A stretch of 50,542 bases of DNA from positions 1-50,542 of the forward strand of contig JAQURP010000003.1 in assembly GCA_028715545.1 (NCBI GenBank), given 5' to 3'. The number at the start of each line of letters is the position of its first letter. The first letter of the stretch is position 1. Position numbers and translations under genes: made by a program. The DNA is from Methanocellales archaeon (GTDB taxonomy: Archaea > Halobacteriota > UBA148). Shown here piece by piece: positions 19,304-28,572 of this stretch. The notes below the pieces were generated by a model. It saw only the letters and a program-made list of their open reading frames with translations, did not search any database and was not told the DNA's origin.

Positions 19304-21007
19304 TTATTCACTTTTTGAAAACTGGAAATAGCACAAACTTACAACTATAATTATTCCAAACGAAATAATCGAGTTAAGCAAAAGGTCTGAATCGGTGAGA
19401 AAGAAATGTGCAGAAACGAAATCAGATATTTGAAAATCCGGGATATAACGGCTTATATTTGTTGCTGTGCCTGATATTCCCCCTTCAACTTGATAAAAAT
19501 TGAGAGTCAGTATGCCATAAATAAAATCTTCAATTAAACACCCTATAAATGCCAAGTAAATCAAGAGGGATCTTATCCTTTGGGCTTTGAATTTATATAA
19601 TTCATTAAATCCAAGCATAATTAAGATTGGAATTGTTGGATGTAACCCCAGAGTTAATAAACCCCAATCTAACCATCCACAAATAGTCAAAAATAAGATG
19701 AAGGGTATTACCACAAACATCGTTAATACATTATCTGTCTTTGTTTTCCTGAATAAATACCTGACTACCCACACCACTACTAAAACATACATCAAAGTAG
19801 AAAGCGCACCGGGATAATCATGAGAATAATAATAAATTGGGTTATATGAAGGGTATTGCGTTGCAACAGGATTAATTGGTAATGCCACGGGTGTTAAGGT
19901 AACCACTGCATTAAAAATTCGTATTCCTATTATGTGCGAGATCGGTGTATTAAAAAATGTTTCGAAAACTTCTTGTGGACTCCCAATGCTCCAATATCCT
20001 TCTACTGCGAGTGGATAATAAATGACTGATCGTGGGGTGGATATTGTACCATAGAAGTAATAAATCCATAAAAAATACGGTATTGTGACCGCAGCAAATG
20101 AAACGAAAAAATATATAAATTTATTTTCGAAGAGTTCATGCGGAATTGTTAACGGTTTCTTATAAAGCTTTTTGACATAAATAAAAATAATCAATGCCGT
20201 GAATACATAAAACAAGATGTAGTCGTGCGTTAAGAATCCCAATGCAGCAAAGAACCCTGTAAGTCCGTAGTTAAATTTATTCTCCTCTGGTTTAGCGCGG
20301 AAGAACATGAAATAAATCGCCAGTAAGGAGAAATACATCGCCATATTCTTTGGCCACGTATAAATTGCGCTATTAACTAGAAAGGGCGTTATTATCATAA
20401 AAGCAGTGGATACTTTTGCAATATTGTCATTAAAAACTTTTTTCGCTATTAGATATGCAGGAAGGATAAATACAGTATTGGCGACCACGCTAATAATTTG
20501 CGATATCCAATACTGATACAGAGAGGTCCCCAACAAATGATGGTAAGAATAAATTAATAGATTAAAAAGCGGCGTTCTCTCCTGCGGGGGTGTCCAATCA
20601 CCAATATTGAACATATAGGGTCTTAATAGAGCATGTCCATACCAATCACTACCCATAACAGGATATTCCCACAGCGTTTGAACAAAGAATCTGAAAACTA
20701 GACCGATAATGAGGATTAATGCTAAAAGGAAGAAGTCATTGTTAACTTTCAAGTTTTGCTTTTGTTTTAATATATAGAATATTGAGGCTATGATGATGAG
20801 CACGAATATAATACGTGTCGGAATGTCAAACTTCAATGCGAACAGCGGTGTTAGTAATACAACTATGGGGAAAGAAAAACCGAAACTAATTGATAATCTC
20901 TCTATACTATCTAACTTCTTAATGCGTGTGGCAATTGCAAATCCCGGAATAAATGCTACGCCTACTACTGATAGTATGTATAACCAATAGGTTAATGTGG
21001 GGATCAT
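19304..21007 (-). CDS. GT-C-like polytopic membrane glycosyltransferase
   Basis: About 570 aa with many TM helices. First-loop block GSDWYGHALLRPYMFNIGDWTPPQERTPLFNLL resembles ArnT/PMT-type GT-C enzymes. ATG 21007 preferred (TTTATATA box 28 nt upstream). The longest ORF starts at TTG 21073. Confidence 0.6.
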   Translation of the reverse strand: MIPTLTYWLYILSVVGVAFIPGFAIATRIKKLDSIERLSISFGFSFPIVVLLTPLFALKFDIPTRIIFVLIIIASIFYILKQKQNLKVNNDFFLLALILIIGLVFRFFVQTLWEYPVMGSDWYGHALLRPYMFNIGDWTPPQERTPLFNLLIYSYHHLLGTSLYQYWISQIISVVANTVFILPAYLIAKKVFNDNIAKVSTAFMIITPFLVNSAIYTWPKNMAMYFSLLAIYFMFFRAKPEENKFNYGLTGFFAALGFLTHDYILFYVFTALIIFIYVKKLYKKPLTIPHELFENKFIYFFVSFAAVTIPYFLWIYYFYGTISTPRSVIYYPLAVEGYWSIGSPQEVFETFFNTPISHIIGIRIFNAVVTLTPVALPINPVATQYPSYNPIYYYSHDYPGALSTLMYVLVVVWVVRYLFRKTKTDNVLTMFVVIPFILFLTICGWLDWGLLTLGLHPTIPILIMLGFNELYKFKAQRIRSLLIYLAFIGCLIEDFIYGILTLNFYQVEGGISGTATNISRYIPDFQISDFVSAHFFLTDSDLLLNSIISFGIIIVVSLCYFQFSKSE

Positions 21008-21035
21008 ATTACCAACAAATAAGGTATGCTTCTCA

Positions 21036-21043
21036 TATATAAA
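21036..21043 (-). promoter_or_regulatory. Candidate archaeal-type TATA box (TTTATATA) for the minus-strand GT-C gene
   Basis: The minus strand reads TTTATATA, ending 28 nt upstream of ATG 21007. This spacing suits a short-leader or leaderless archaeal transcript. Confidence 0.3.
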
Positions 21044-21305
21044 TATCAGATAATACTGGGTCTGAGTGCCCAAGGTTTGCCAGCAAGAAAAGTATATGGT
21101 ATGTAAAAGGCAATGCTATGAATAACAAGTTGTGAAAGGGAGAGGCTAATGGTAAAAAAGGGCTGAGGAGGTGATATCTGAGCAAATAAAGTCAACGGTG
21201 GACGAATTGAAGGGAGATAAAGTTGAAGCGATGTATCTATATTTGAGACTTCAACTAAAGGTAATGCTAAAGGCATGCAGAAACTCTTGGCACGCATTGA
21301 AATTT

Positions 21306-21453
21306 AAAAGAGATGAAAGACATGAGGATATACTCAAAGGTCTTTAAGAAAGCGATTGAAATGCTCAAAAAATACAAAGAGAATAACATCTTCGATAGGG
21401 CAACGCAACTGTAGGATTGGTTGAAAGACCCTGAATACATCTTTTGGCTCGGA
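21306..21453 (+). repeat. Copy 1 of a duplicated leader segment (paralog of 32881-33028)
   Basis: Ungapped alignment at a constant offset of 11575 nt. Encodes MRIYSKVFKKAIEMLKK...QL*DWLKDPEYIFWLG versus MRIFKRGVKKAVETLGK...QLKQNLKDSDYVFWLG. This copy has TAG (21412-21414) where copy 2 has AAG. Confidence 0.7.
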
Positions 21454-21501
21454 GCGATAAATAGAGTTAGACATACAACAGATAATTCCGGGGGTATTTA
21501 G

Positions 21502-22542
21502 ATGGCTGAAGGAATTGAAGTAAACATTGATGAACTCAAAGGGATAGTTGATCAATTTGACAAGGCACACGTACTGGTCATAGGTGATTTCATGCTGGAT
21601 AAGTTTGTTCAGGGCACCGTTTCTCGTCTTTCCCCTGAAGCACCTGTTCCTGTGCTTGATGACATATCTGAGATTTTTAGACCAGGTGGTGCTGCAAATG
21701 CTATCAGCAATATAATAGCTTTAGGAGGGAATGTTGTTGCTGTTGGCGTTGTTGGTGATGATTTGGATGGTAGAAAGTTGATAGAGTTGCTAAAGCAGGA
21801 TGGAGTGGATACTGAATGTATAGTCAAGAGTAGGAAAAGATATACAACTGTAAAAACGCGCATAATCGCGGAGCAACAACAGATAGTACGAATAGATAAG
21901 GAAAAAAGAGGGGCAATGGAGTATGAATACACCAAAATAATTTTGGAGTTTTTGAATGAGAAAATTAAGGAGGTAGATGCGATCCTTATCTCAGATTATG
22001 ATAAAGGTTTAGTTACAAATACGTTGCTTGATGGTTTGATTCCGTTAGCAAGGAAATTTGATAAGCCTGTTGTAGCTCACCCTAAGGTTATGCACTTTCT
22101 TGACTACAAAGGTGTTACACTGGTCAACTCCAACCTCGAAAGGGCTAGTCTAGTGACTGGTATTCGCCAAATCAATGAAACGAGTATTCGAAACATGGGC
22201 CAATGGCTGTTGACACAACTTGAATGTGAATATATGCTCATCACTCGTAGTGATGAGGGCATGTCTCTCTTTGCGAAAAGTGGTAGTGTTACGCATATAC
22301 CTGCAATTGCTAAGAGAATACACAATGTAACCGGTGTTAGTGCTGGAGATACCGTGACAAGTTTGATTACGCTCTCCTTGGCGTCCGGTGTTACTGACAT
22401 GACTACTTCTGCAATATTGGCAAATACTGCTGCTGGGATACTGGTGGGGAGGTTAGGATCTGCGACATTAAAGAGGGATGAATTAAAACGCCAGTTGAAT
22501 ATATTGAAAGGAGGACAACTTGCATTTGTAGGGAGTTTGTGA
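21502..22542 (+). CDS. hldA: D-glycero-beta-D-manno-heptose-7-phosphate kinase-like PfkB kinase (RfaE domain I / HldA-like)
   Basis: VLVIGDFMLDKFVQGTVSRLSPEAPVPVLDDISEIFRPGGAANAISNIIALGG parallels the E. coli HldE N-terminal domain (ILVVGDVMLDRY..SRISPEAPVPV..RPGGAANVA). Confidence 0.85.
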   Translation: MAEGIEVNIDELKGIVDQFDKAHVLVIGDFMLDKFVQGTVSRLSPEAPVPVLDDISEIFRPGGAANAISNIIALGGNVVAVGVVGDDLDGRKLIELLKQDGVDTECIVKSRKRYTTVKTRIIAEQQQIVRIDKEKRGAMEYEYTKIILEFLNEKIKEVDAILISDYDKGLVTNTLLDGLIPLARKFDKPVVAHPKVMHFLDYKGVTLVNSNLERASLVTGIRQINETSIRNMGQWLLTQLECEYMLITRSDEGMSLFAKSGSVTHIPAIAKRIHNVTGVSAGDTVTSLITLSLASGVTDMTTSAILANTAAGILVGRLGSATLKRDELKRQLNILKGGQLAFVGSL

Positions 22543-22563
22543 GTTGTGGGGAATATCAGAGAT

Positions 22564-23376
22564 ATGGATACTTTTAAAATAATCGAGGAAAAAGCGAAAA
22601 TAATCAGAAAACATGTAGTTAATATGATCTATGAGGCTAGTTCAGGGCATCCGGGGGGATCATTGTCCTGTGTCGACATTCTAACGACACTCTACTTCCA
22701 TACAATGTACCATAACCCTTTAGATCCTGAATGGGCAGATAGGGATCGCTTTATTTTGTCAAAAGGACATGCAGCACCTACTTTATATGCGATCTTGGCT
22801 GAGGCGGGTTACTTCCCTATCGAAAACTTGTCGTCATTGCGAAGGATTGGGAGCATGTTACAAGGGCATCCAAATAGCAAAGTTCCTGGCGTTGAAGTCT
22901 CCTCTGGATCGCTTGGGCAAGGTTTATCCATTGCAAGTGGTCTTGCACTGGCTGGCAAGCTGGACAAGAAGGCTTACCGGGTTTACACTCTGTTAGGTGA
23001 TGGTGAATGTGATGAAGGCCAAGTCTGGGAGGCGGCTATGCTCGCAGCACATTACAAATTAGATAACTTGGTTGCAATAGTGGACCGTAATGGTCTCCAA
23101 ATTGACGGATCGACCGAAAAGATAATGCGCTTGGAGCCGATAGCAGGAAAATGGGGGGCATTTGGCTGGCATGCTATCGAAATTGACGGAAACAAAATTG
23201 CGGAGATAACGGCAGCAATTGACGAGGCAAAGAGTATCAGGGGCAGGCCAACCGCAATTATAGCCCATACATTCAAAGGAAAGGGTATATCTTTCATGGA
23301 ATGGATTAATGCGTTCCACGGGAGGGCGTTAAGCAAAGAGGAAAGGGAAATTGCATTAAAAGAACTGAGTGAGTAA
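22564..23376 (+). CDS. tkt: Transketolase, N-terminal (ThDP-binding) subunit
   Basis: SSGHPGGSLSCVDILTTLYF, SKGHAAPTLYA and LGDGECDEGQVWEAAM (GDG ThDP motif). Split-gene organisation. ATG 22564 preferred over GTG 22546. Confidence 0.9.
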   Translation: MDTFKIIEEKAKIIRKHVVNMIYEASSGHPGGSLSCVDILTTLYFHTMYHNPLDPEWADRDRFILSKGHAAPTLYAILAEAGYFPIENLSSLRRIGSMLQGHPNSKVPGVEVSSGSLGQGLSIASGLALAGKLDKKAYRVYTLLGDGECDEGQVWEAAMLAAHYKLDNLVAIVDRNGLQIDGSTEKIMRLEPIAGKWGAFGWHAIEIDGNKIAEITAAIDEAKSIRGRPTAIIAHTFKGKGISFMEWINAFHGRALSKEEREIALKELSE

Positions 23377-23383
23377 TCTAATC

Positions 23384-24316
23384 ATGGAGCTGAAATCTAC
23401 CAAGGACGCTTATGGCGAGGCGTTATTGAAGTTTGGAGCTGATAACAGCATTGTGGTCTTAGATGCCGATCTATCAGTCTCGACACAAACAAATAAGTTT
23501 GCAAAGCAGTACCCGGAGCGCTTTTTCAATGTTGGCTGTGCCGAACAGAACTTGATAGGAGTCGCTGCTGGACTTGCAATTGCAGGAAAAACTTCATTTG
23601 CCAGCACCTATGCAATCTTCTCAAACAGAGCTTGGGAGCAAATAAGGAATACCGTAGCCTACGATAATCTAAATGTGAAAATTGCTGTTAGCCATGCTGG
23701 GTTAACTAACGGGCCTGATGGCGCCTCACATCAATCACTGGAAGATATAGCACTCATGCGAGTCATCCCGAACATGAGGGTTATTGTACCAGTTGACGCT
23801 GTAGAAACAGAAAAAGTGGTTAAAACAGAGATCTCTAACCCTGGACCTGCTTATATCAGGTTAAATCGCGTAAAGACACCCATTATTTTTGATGATAGCT
23901 ATGACTTCGTGTCTGGAAAGGCTGTTTTATTACACGAGGGCGTTGACCTGGCTATAATCTCTACTGGAACAATGGTATACGAAGCATTGGACGCATCCAA
24001 GAAGTTAAAAGAGGAGAACGTTAATGCGTGTGTACTTAACATACACACCATAAAGCCTATTGATAAGGATGCTATTATTAAAGTTGCGAAGGAGACAGGT
24101 GCTGTTATTACCGCTGAAGAGCACAATATTTATGGCGGATTAGGTGGAGCAGTTGCGGAGATATTGGCAGAAAATTATCCTGTTCCAGTAAAGATGATTG
24201 GCGTGAAAGACACCTTTGGGGAATCAGGCGAATATAGAGAATTATTAGAAAAATATTGTTTAACCTCGAATCACATAGTTAAATCAGCGAAGGCAATGTT
24301 GGAGAAGATGAGATGA
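23384..24316 (+). CDS. tkt: Transketolase, C-terminal (pyrimidine-binding) subunit
   Basis: [20 protein letters not shown] and [17 protein letters not shown] are typical of the Tkt C-terminal half. ATG 23384 preferred over the longest start at 23369. Confidence 0.9.
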   Translation: MELKSTKDAYGEALLKFGADNSIVVLDADLSVSTQTNKFAKQYPERFFNVGCAEQNLIGVAAGLAIAGKTSFASTYAIFSNRAWEQIRNTVAYDNLNVKIAVSHAGLTNGPDGASHQSLEDIALMRVIPNMRVIVPVDAVETEKVVKTEISNPGPAYIRLNRVKTPIIFDDSYDFVSGKAVLLHEGVDLAIISTGTMVYEALDASKKLKEENVNACVLNIHTIKPIDKDAIIKVAKETGAVITAEEHNIYGGLGGAVAEILAENYPVPVKMIGVKDTFGESGEYRELLEKYCLTSNHIVKSAKAMLEKMR

Positions 24317-24963
24317 AAATTTTTATTGATACCGCAAATGTAGAAGAGATCAGAAAGGCAACTAATTGGGGAGTTATCGACGGGGTAACCACAAATCCCT
24401 CACTGGTTGCAAAAGAAGGAAGAGAGTTTACAGAGCTTATTCGCGAAGTCATAAGTATAATTGATGGCCCCATAAGCGTGGAAGTAATCAGCACAGATGT
24501 AGAAGGCATGATTAAAGAAGCTGTTGAACTCTCAGAATGGTCATCAAACATAGTAGTGAAAATCCCGATGATTCCTGAGGGGCTCAAGGCGGTTAAAGTA
24601 CTCAGTGCAAAAAAGATTAAGACCAATGTAACACTGGTTTTCTCGGTTAATCAAGCATTATTGGCCGCTAAGGCTAGGGCAACCTATGTGAGTACTTTTG
24701 TCGGAAGATTGGATGATATAGGCCATGAAGGCATGCAAATTGTGCGCGAGATGGTAGAAATATTCAACATCTACGATTTTAGCACAGAGGTGATAGCCGC
24801 GAGCATTAGGCATCCAATGCACGTAATAGAAGCAGCTAAAGCTGGTGCGCATGTTGCAACCATTCCCTTTACGGTTATCGAAAAGATGTTCAAGCATCCG
24901 TTAACAGATATCGGATTGAAAAGATTCTTGGAAGATTGGAAGAAAGTGGAATCACGAGATTGA
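24313..24963 (+). CDS. tal: Transaldolase / fructose-6-phosphate aldolase family (short, type 3B)
   Basis: [31 protein letters not shown] and VKIP. 216 aa. ATGA overlap with the tkt C-terminal subunit gene. Confidence 0.9.
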   Translation: MKIFIDTANVEEIRKATNWGVIDGVTTNPSLVAKEGREFTELIREVISIIDGPISVEVISTDVEGMIKEAVELSEWSSNIVVKIPMIPEGLKAVKVLSAKKIKTNVTLVFSVNQALLAAKARATYVSTFVGRLDDIGHEGMQIVREMVEIFNIYDFSTEVIAASIRHPMHVIEAAKAGAHVATIPFTVIEKMFKHPLTDIGLKRFLEDWKKVESRD

Positions 24964-25646
24964 CAGAACTCTTTTTCTTTTGCGGAACGAATGCACGGCT
25001 AAAAGAAGAGTTAAAGATTGTTCACGGATATCCGTGTGATCTGACGAAGATAGAAAAGCGCTATATAAACACAAAGAAGAATAGAGCAGTTTTTCTTGAT
25101 AGAGACGGCGTTATAACACAAGACCCTCCACACTTTGCACATCGAATAGACCAGCTCAAGTTGATTCCAAAATCCGCCGAGGCCATTAGGTTACTGAACG
25201 AAAATGGATTTAAAGTTGTTATAGTCTCAAATCAATCTGGGGTGGCAAGAGGATATTACCAGGAGAAGGATATTGGAATATTTAATCGCGCAATGGAGGA
25301 AGAATTAGAGAAGCATGGTGCATCTATTGATTCTATATACTATTGTCCTCATCATCCTGATGCGAAAGTAGAAGCGTATAGAGTAACTTGTGAATGTAGA
25401 AAACCCAAGCCAGGAATGTTGAAACGAGCAGAGAAGGACTTGAACCTGGATTTGAAACGATCATTTATGGTTGGTGATAGATTAATCGATGTAGAAGCAG
25501 GCCATAGTGCGGGTTGTAAAACAATCTTAGTGCTTACCTGTCATGGTAGTGATGAAGTGAAAAAGGTCAAGGAGAGTACTATAAAGCCCACATATATCTT
25601 AGAGGACTTATATAGTGCAAGTAAGATGATAAATGGTGTTAAATAA
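24936..25646 (+). CDS. gmhB: D,D-heptose 1,7-bisphosphate phosphatase (HAD, GmhB-like)
   Basis: [10 protein letters not shown] (DxDG HAD motif I), VSNQSG and the Zn-finger insert YYCPHHP...[10 protein letters not shown], then [10 protein letters not shown]. There is no in-frame ATG upstream of the HAD core. Likely TTG start at 24936 or 24960 (TTGA overlap with the tal stop). Confidence 0.8.
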   Translation: MEESGITRLTELFFFCGTNARLKEELKIVHGYPCDLTKIEKRYINTKKNRAVFLDRDGVITQDPPHFAHRIDQLKLIPKSAEAIRLLNENGFKVVIVSNQSGVARGYYQEKDIGIFNRAMEEELEKHGASIDSIYYCPHHPDAKVEAYRVTCECRKPKPGMLKRAEKDLNLDLKRSFMVGDRLIDVEAGHSAGCKTILVLTCHGSDEVKKVKESTIKPTYILEDLYSASKMINGVK

Positions 25647-25726
25647 GAATCTAATGAAGATTATACGAAGTGTAAGGATTGATCATTATCATTGCTTAGG
25701 GAATGAGAGCAGGGATGGTAAAATAA

Positions 25727-26914
25727 ATGAAAACTATTTGCTTTGCCAAGTATGATGCAGGAATTCGAATATATAAACAAGCAAAGGCTCTAAAAGAGAC
25801 AAAAAAGTATAAATTGTTGTTAATTTGCGAAAAATGTGATTATAACTTGTTAAAAGAGGTGTTCGATGATATTATTTTTCTTGGTGTTTTAAAAAATAAA
25901 AATAATAATTTTCTTTCAAGAAGTTGCAATTATACAACAAATAAGCTGTTTAAATATGGCGAGAAAAAATTAAAAAGGGTTATTAATGGTATTGATGTTG
26001 ACCTATTTCACACTCATGCGGACTCAAATGATATTCCGAGAGGGATCATTGAGAATTCAGACAGACCGGTTATTTTTGACGAGCAGGATTTTTCCGGGAT
26101 CTCTTATGGATTAGAGAACTTGGATGAGAAGACAAAAGAAGATGAAAGATATTGTTTCGAGCATGCAGACGGAATTATTAGAAAAGGACCCCCTTTTGAG
26201 ATAGACTATTACAGGCAACATGGATATAACATAAATTGTCCTGAGCTTCAATGGCTGGATTACTGTGATGCAGACCTATTTGCTGACGTGAACCGTGCAA
26301 AATTATCGGATGAAGACGGTGATACGCATTTTGTTCTTGTTGGGTCCATTTCCCCCGACAAAAATTATCAAATTAAGTATTGTATTCCCTTGGGGAAAGA
26401 ATTAGCAAGACAAAAAATACATCTTCATATCTACCCCGCCCCACTTGAGTATAAGATATCGAAGGAATATCATGAATTGGCTAGAAAAGAGAAATATTTC
26501 CATTTTCATAGACCAGTCCCCTATAAGGAATTGAGTAACGAGATTGCCAAGTATGATTGGGGTATTGTAGATGCTTCCGTCACACTTCCTACGGATTTCG
26601 AAGGTGAACGTATGTCGAATGATAGGAAAAAGTCTGGAATAGGTAACAGACCGTTTACTTTTATGGAAGCGGGTATTCCATTCATTGTGAGTAAGATGTA
26701 CGTATTGTACAGGGATATTGCTGAGAGGAATAAGATAGGTTTTTCAATAGATAACACTGAATTAAGTAGATTAGGAGAACTAATAAAGGAATATGATTAT
26801 TTTGAATTGAAGGAGAATGTAAGAAAAGCTAGGGATACTTTGTCGTTAAGTAAGCAAGTAGAACATCTCGAAATGTTTTACCAAAAAGTTATTGATAATT
26901 ATAGGTATAATTGA
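25727..26914 (+). CDS. Hypothetical protein, possibly a divergent GT-B fold glycosyltransferase
   Basis: 395 aa and very AT/Lys-rich. Two-lobed layout with a C-terminal block (FHFHRPVPYKELSNEIAKYDWGI ... FTFMEAGIPFIVSK) reminiscent of the GT1/GT4 donor-binding region. Weak. Confidence 0.4.
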   Translation: MKTICFAKYDAGIRIYKQAKALKETKKYKLLLICEKCDYNLLKEVFDDIIFLGVLKNKNNNFLSRSCNYTTNKLFKYGEKKLKRVINGIDVDLFHTHADSNDIPRGIIENSDRPVIFDEQDFSGISYGLENLDEKTKEDERYCFEHADGIIRKGPPFEIDYYRQHGYNINCPELQWLDYCDADLFADVNRAKLSDEDGDTHFVLVGSISPDKNYQIKYCIPLGKELARQKIHLHIYPAPLEYKISKEYHELARKEKYFHFHRPVPYKELSNEIAKYDWGIVDASVTLPTDFEGERMSNDRKKSGIGNRPFTFMEAGIPFIVSKMYVLYRDIAERNKIGFSIDNTELSRLGELIKEYDYFELKENVRKARDTLSLSKQVEHLEMFYQKVIDNYRYN

Positions 26915-27054
26915 GAAATAATGCTAACGGAAAACACATGGAGTCCCGGAAAGGTGCTAGCTCGCTACCGTATCAACTCCTCAAAGAGGCGAAAAATGAC
27001 TTTATCATTTAAATAGGATAATATTAATTACTACTATTCGGAGCGGAGAGAAGA

Positions 27055-28572
27055 ATGGATCCTAAAATTTTGGAACTGGATCAATTGGCGGAAAAAGTTA
27101 GGCAGTTGAAACAAGAAAACAAGAAGATTGTGCATTGTCATGGAGTTTTTGACCTACTGCATGTGGGCCATATTCGCCACTTTAAAGCGGCGAAGCAATT
27201 TGGTGACGTACTGATTGTTACTGTAACGCAGGATAAATACGTAAATAAGGGCCCCTATAGGCCAGCATTTACCGAGAATATACGAACTGAGACCCTAGCT
27301 GCGTTAGATTGCGTTGATTACGTGGCGATTAACAAATGGCCAACTGCCGTTGAGACCATTGGGTTATTAAAGCCAGATATTTATACAAAGGGTATGGATT
27401 ACAGTGATCCTGCTAAAGATTATTCTGGAGGGATCCTTACAGAAAAAGAAGCAATTACCCAAGTTGGTGGAGAAATAATTTTTACCAATGAAATAACCTT
27501 TAGTTCTTCAAACCTGATAAACAGATATTTACATATATTTCCAAAAGAGGTAAATGACTATATAATCGATTTTTCTAAAAAATATTCTCAAGAGGAGATT
27601 ATCAAGTATTTGGACGGGATAAATAATTTAAAGATATTAGTAATTGGGGAAGCTATCATTGATGAATACCAGTATGGTGAATCAATAGGCAAAGCTGGAA
27701 AAGAACCCATAATTGCTTTAAAGTATCTTAAAACCGAGAAATTCGCTGGTGGTATTCTTGCTATAGCGAATCAAATAGCAAATTTCTGTGATAATGTGGA
27801 CATGTTCACTCTGTTGGGCGAGGTAGACTCTCAAGAGGCTTTTATCTCTCAAAACCTAAACAAAAAAATAAATAAGTTATTCCACTATAGAAAAGACTCC
27901 CCCACCCTAGTTAAAAGGCGATTCCTTGAAACGAGTCCGTTGTCAAAACTTTTAGAATTTTATATATTCAACGACGATAGCTTGGAACCAGAGCTGAGCA
28001 AAGAGATACAAGCACACTTGGAAAAGATACTCCCAAGCTATGATTTGGTTATTGTGGCAGATTTTGGTCACGAATTGTTCAACAAAGAGATAATAAATTT
28101 AATTACGAAAAAATCTAGATTTATTGCGGTTAATACACAGTCCAATGCAGGTAATATGGGTTATAACACGATTTCAAAATATCCAAGAGCAGATTACATT
28201 TGCATAGACGAGCCTGAGATTCGGTTAGACAGTAAAGATAAGAGTAGTGAGGTGACTGAACTCATTCCGAAGGTGGCGAAAAAATTGTCTTGTAAAAAGA
28301 TGGTTCTAACTCGTGGAAGAAATGGTTGTATAGCTTACTCTAACAATAATATTACTAGTATCCCTGCATTTTCAGAAGAGGTTTTGGATACAATGGGTGC
28401 TGGTGACGCCCTCCTCTCTATAACATCACCACTGGTTGCAAATGATGTTCCAATGGAGATAGTGGGCTTTGTAGGTAATGCAGTAGGAGCCATGGCATGC
28501 ATGATTATCGGAAATAAACAGTCGATTGATAAAGTGTCTTTATATAAGTTTATAACCTCCTTGATGAAGTAA
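27055..28572 (+). CDS. Bifunctional cytidylyltransferase-like nucleotidyltransferase (RfaE domain II-like) + PfkB sugar kinase (RfaE domain I-like), in reversed domain order
   Basis: N-terminus has HCHGVFDLLHVGHIRHF (HxGH nucleotidyltransferase motif). C-terminus has ILVIGEAIIDEYQYG ... LDTMGAGDALLS (PfkB DTxGAGD motif). 505 aa. Confidence 0.8.
   Translation: MDPKILELDQLAEKVRQLKQENKKIVHCHGVFDLLHVGHIRHFKAAKQFGDVLIVTVTQDKYVNKGPYRPAFTENIRTETLAALDCVDYVAINKWPTAVETIGLLKPDIYTKGMDYSDPAKDYSGGILTEKEAITQVGGEIIFTNEITFSSSNLINRYLHIFPKEVNDYIIDFSKKYSQEEIIKYLDGINNLKILVIGEAIIDEYQYGESIGKAGKEPIIALKYLKTEKFAGGILAIANQIANFCDNVDMFTLLGEVDSQEAFISQNLNKKINKLFHYRKDSPTLVKRRFLETSPLSKLLEFYIFNDDSLEPELSKEIQAHLEKILPSYDLVIVADFGHELFNKEIINLITKKSRFIAVNTQSNAGNMGYNTISKYPRADYICIDEPEIRLDSKDKSSEVTELIPKVAKKLSCKKMVLTRGRNGCIAYSNNNITSIPAFSEEVLDTMGAGDALLSITSPLVANDVPMEIVGFVGNAVGAMACMIIGNKQSIDKVSLYKFITSLMK

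Noticed and set aside
21412-21414. The in-frame TAG in leader copy 1 aligns with a Lys codon in copy 2. A second TAG (21499-21501) is in frame with the kinase gene. This raised the possibility of pyrrolysine or stop-codon read-through.
   Set aside because: TAG is the terminator of several well-supported genes here (stops at 6557-6559, 9745-9747, 13825-13827, 16046-16048 and 44061-44063). No pyl genes are visible. A single AAG-to-TAG substitution in a decaying copy is the simpler explanation.
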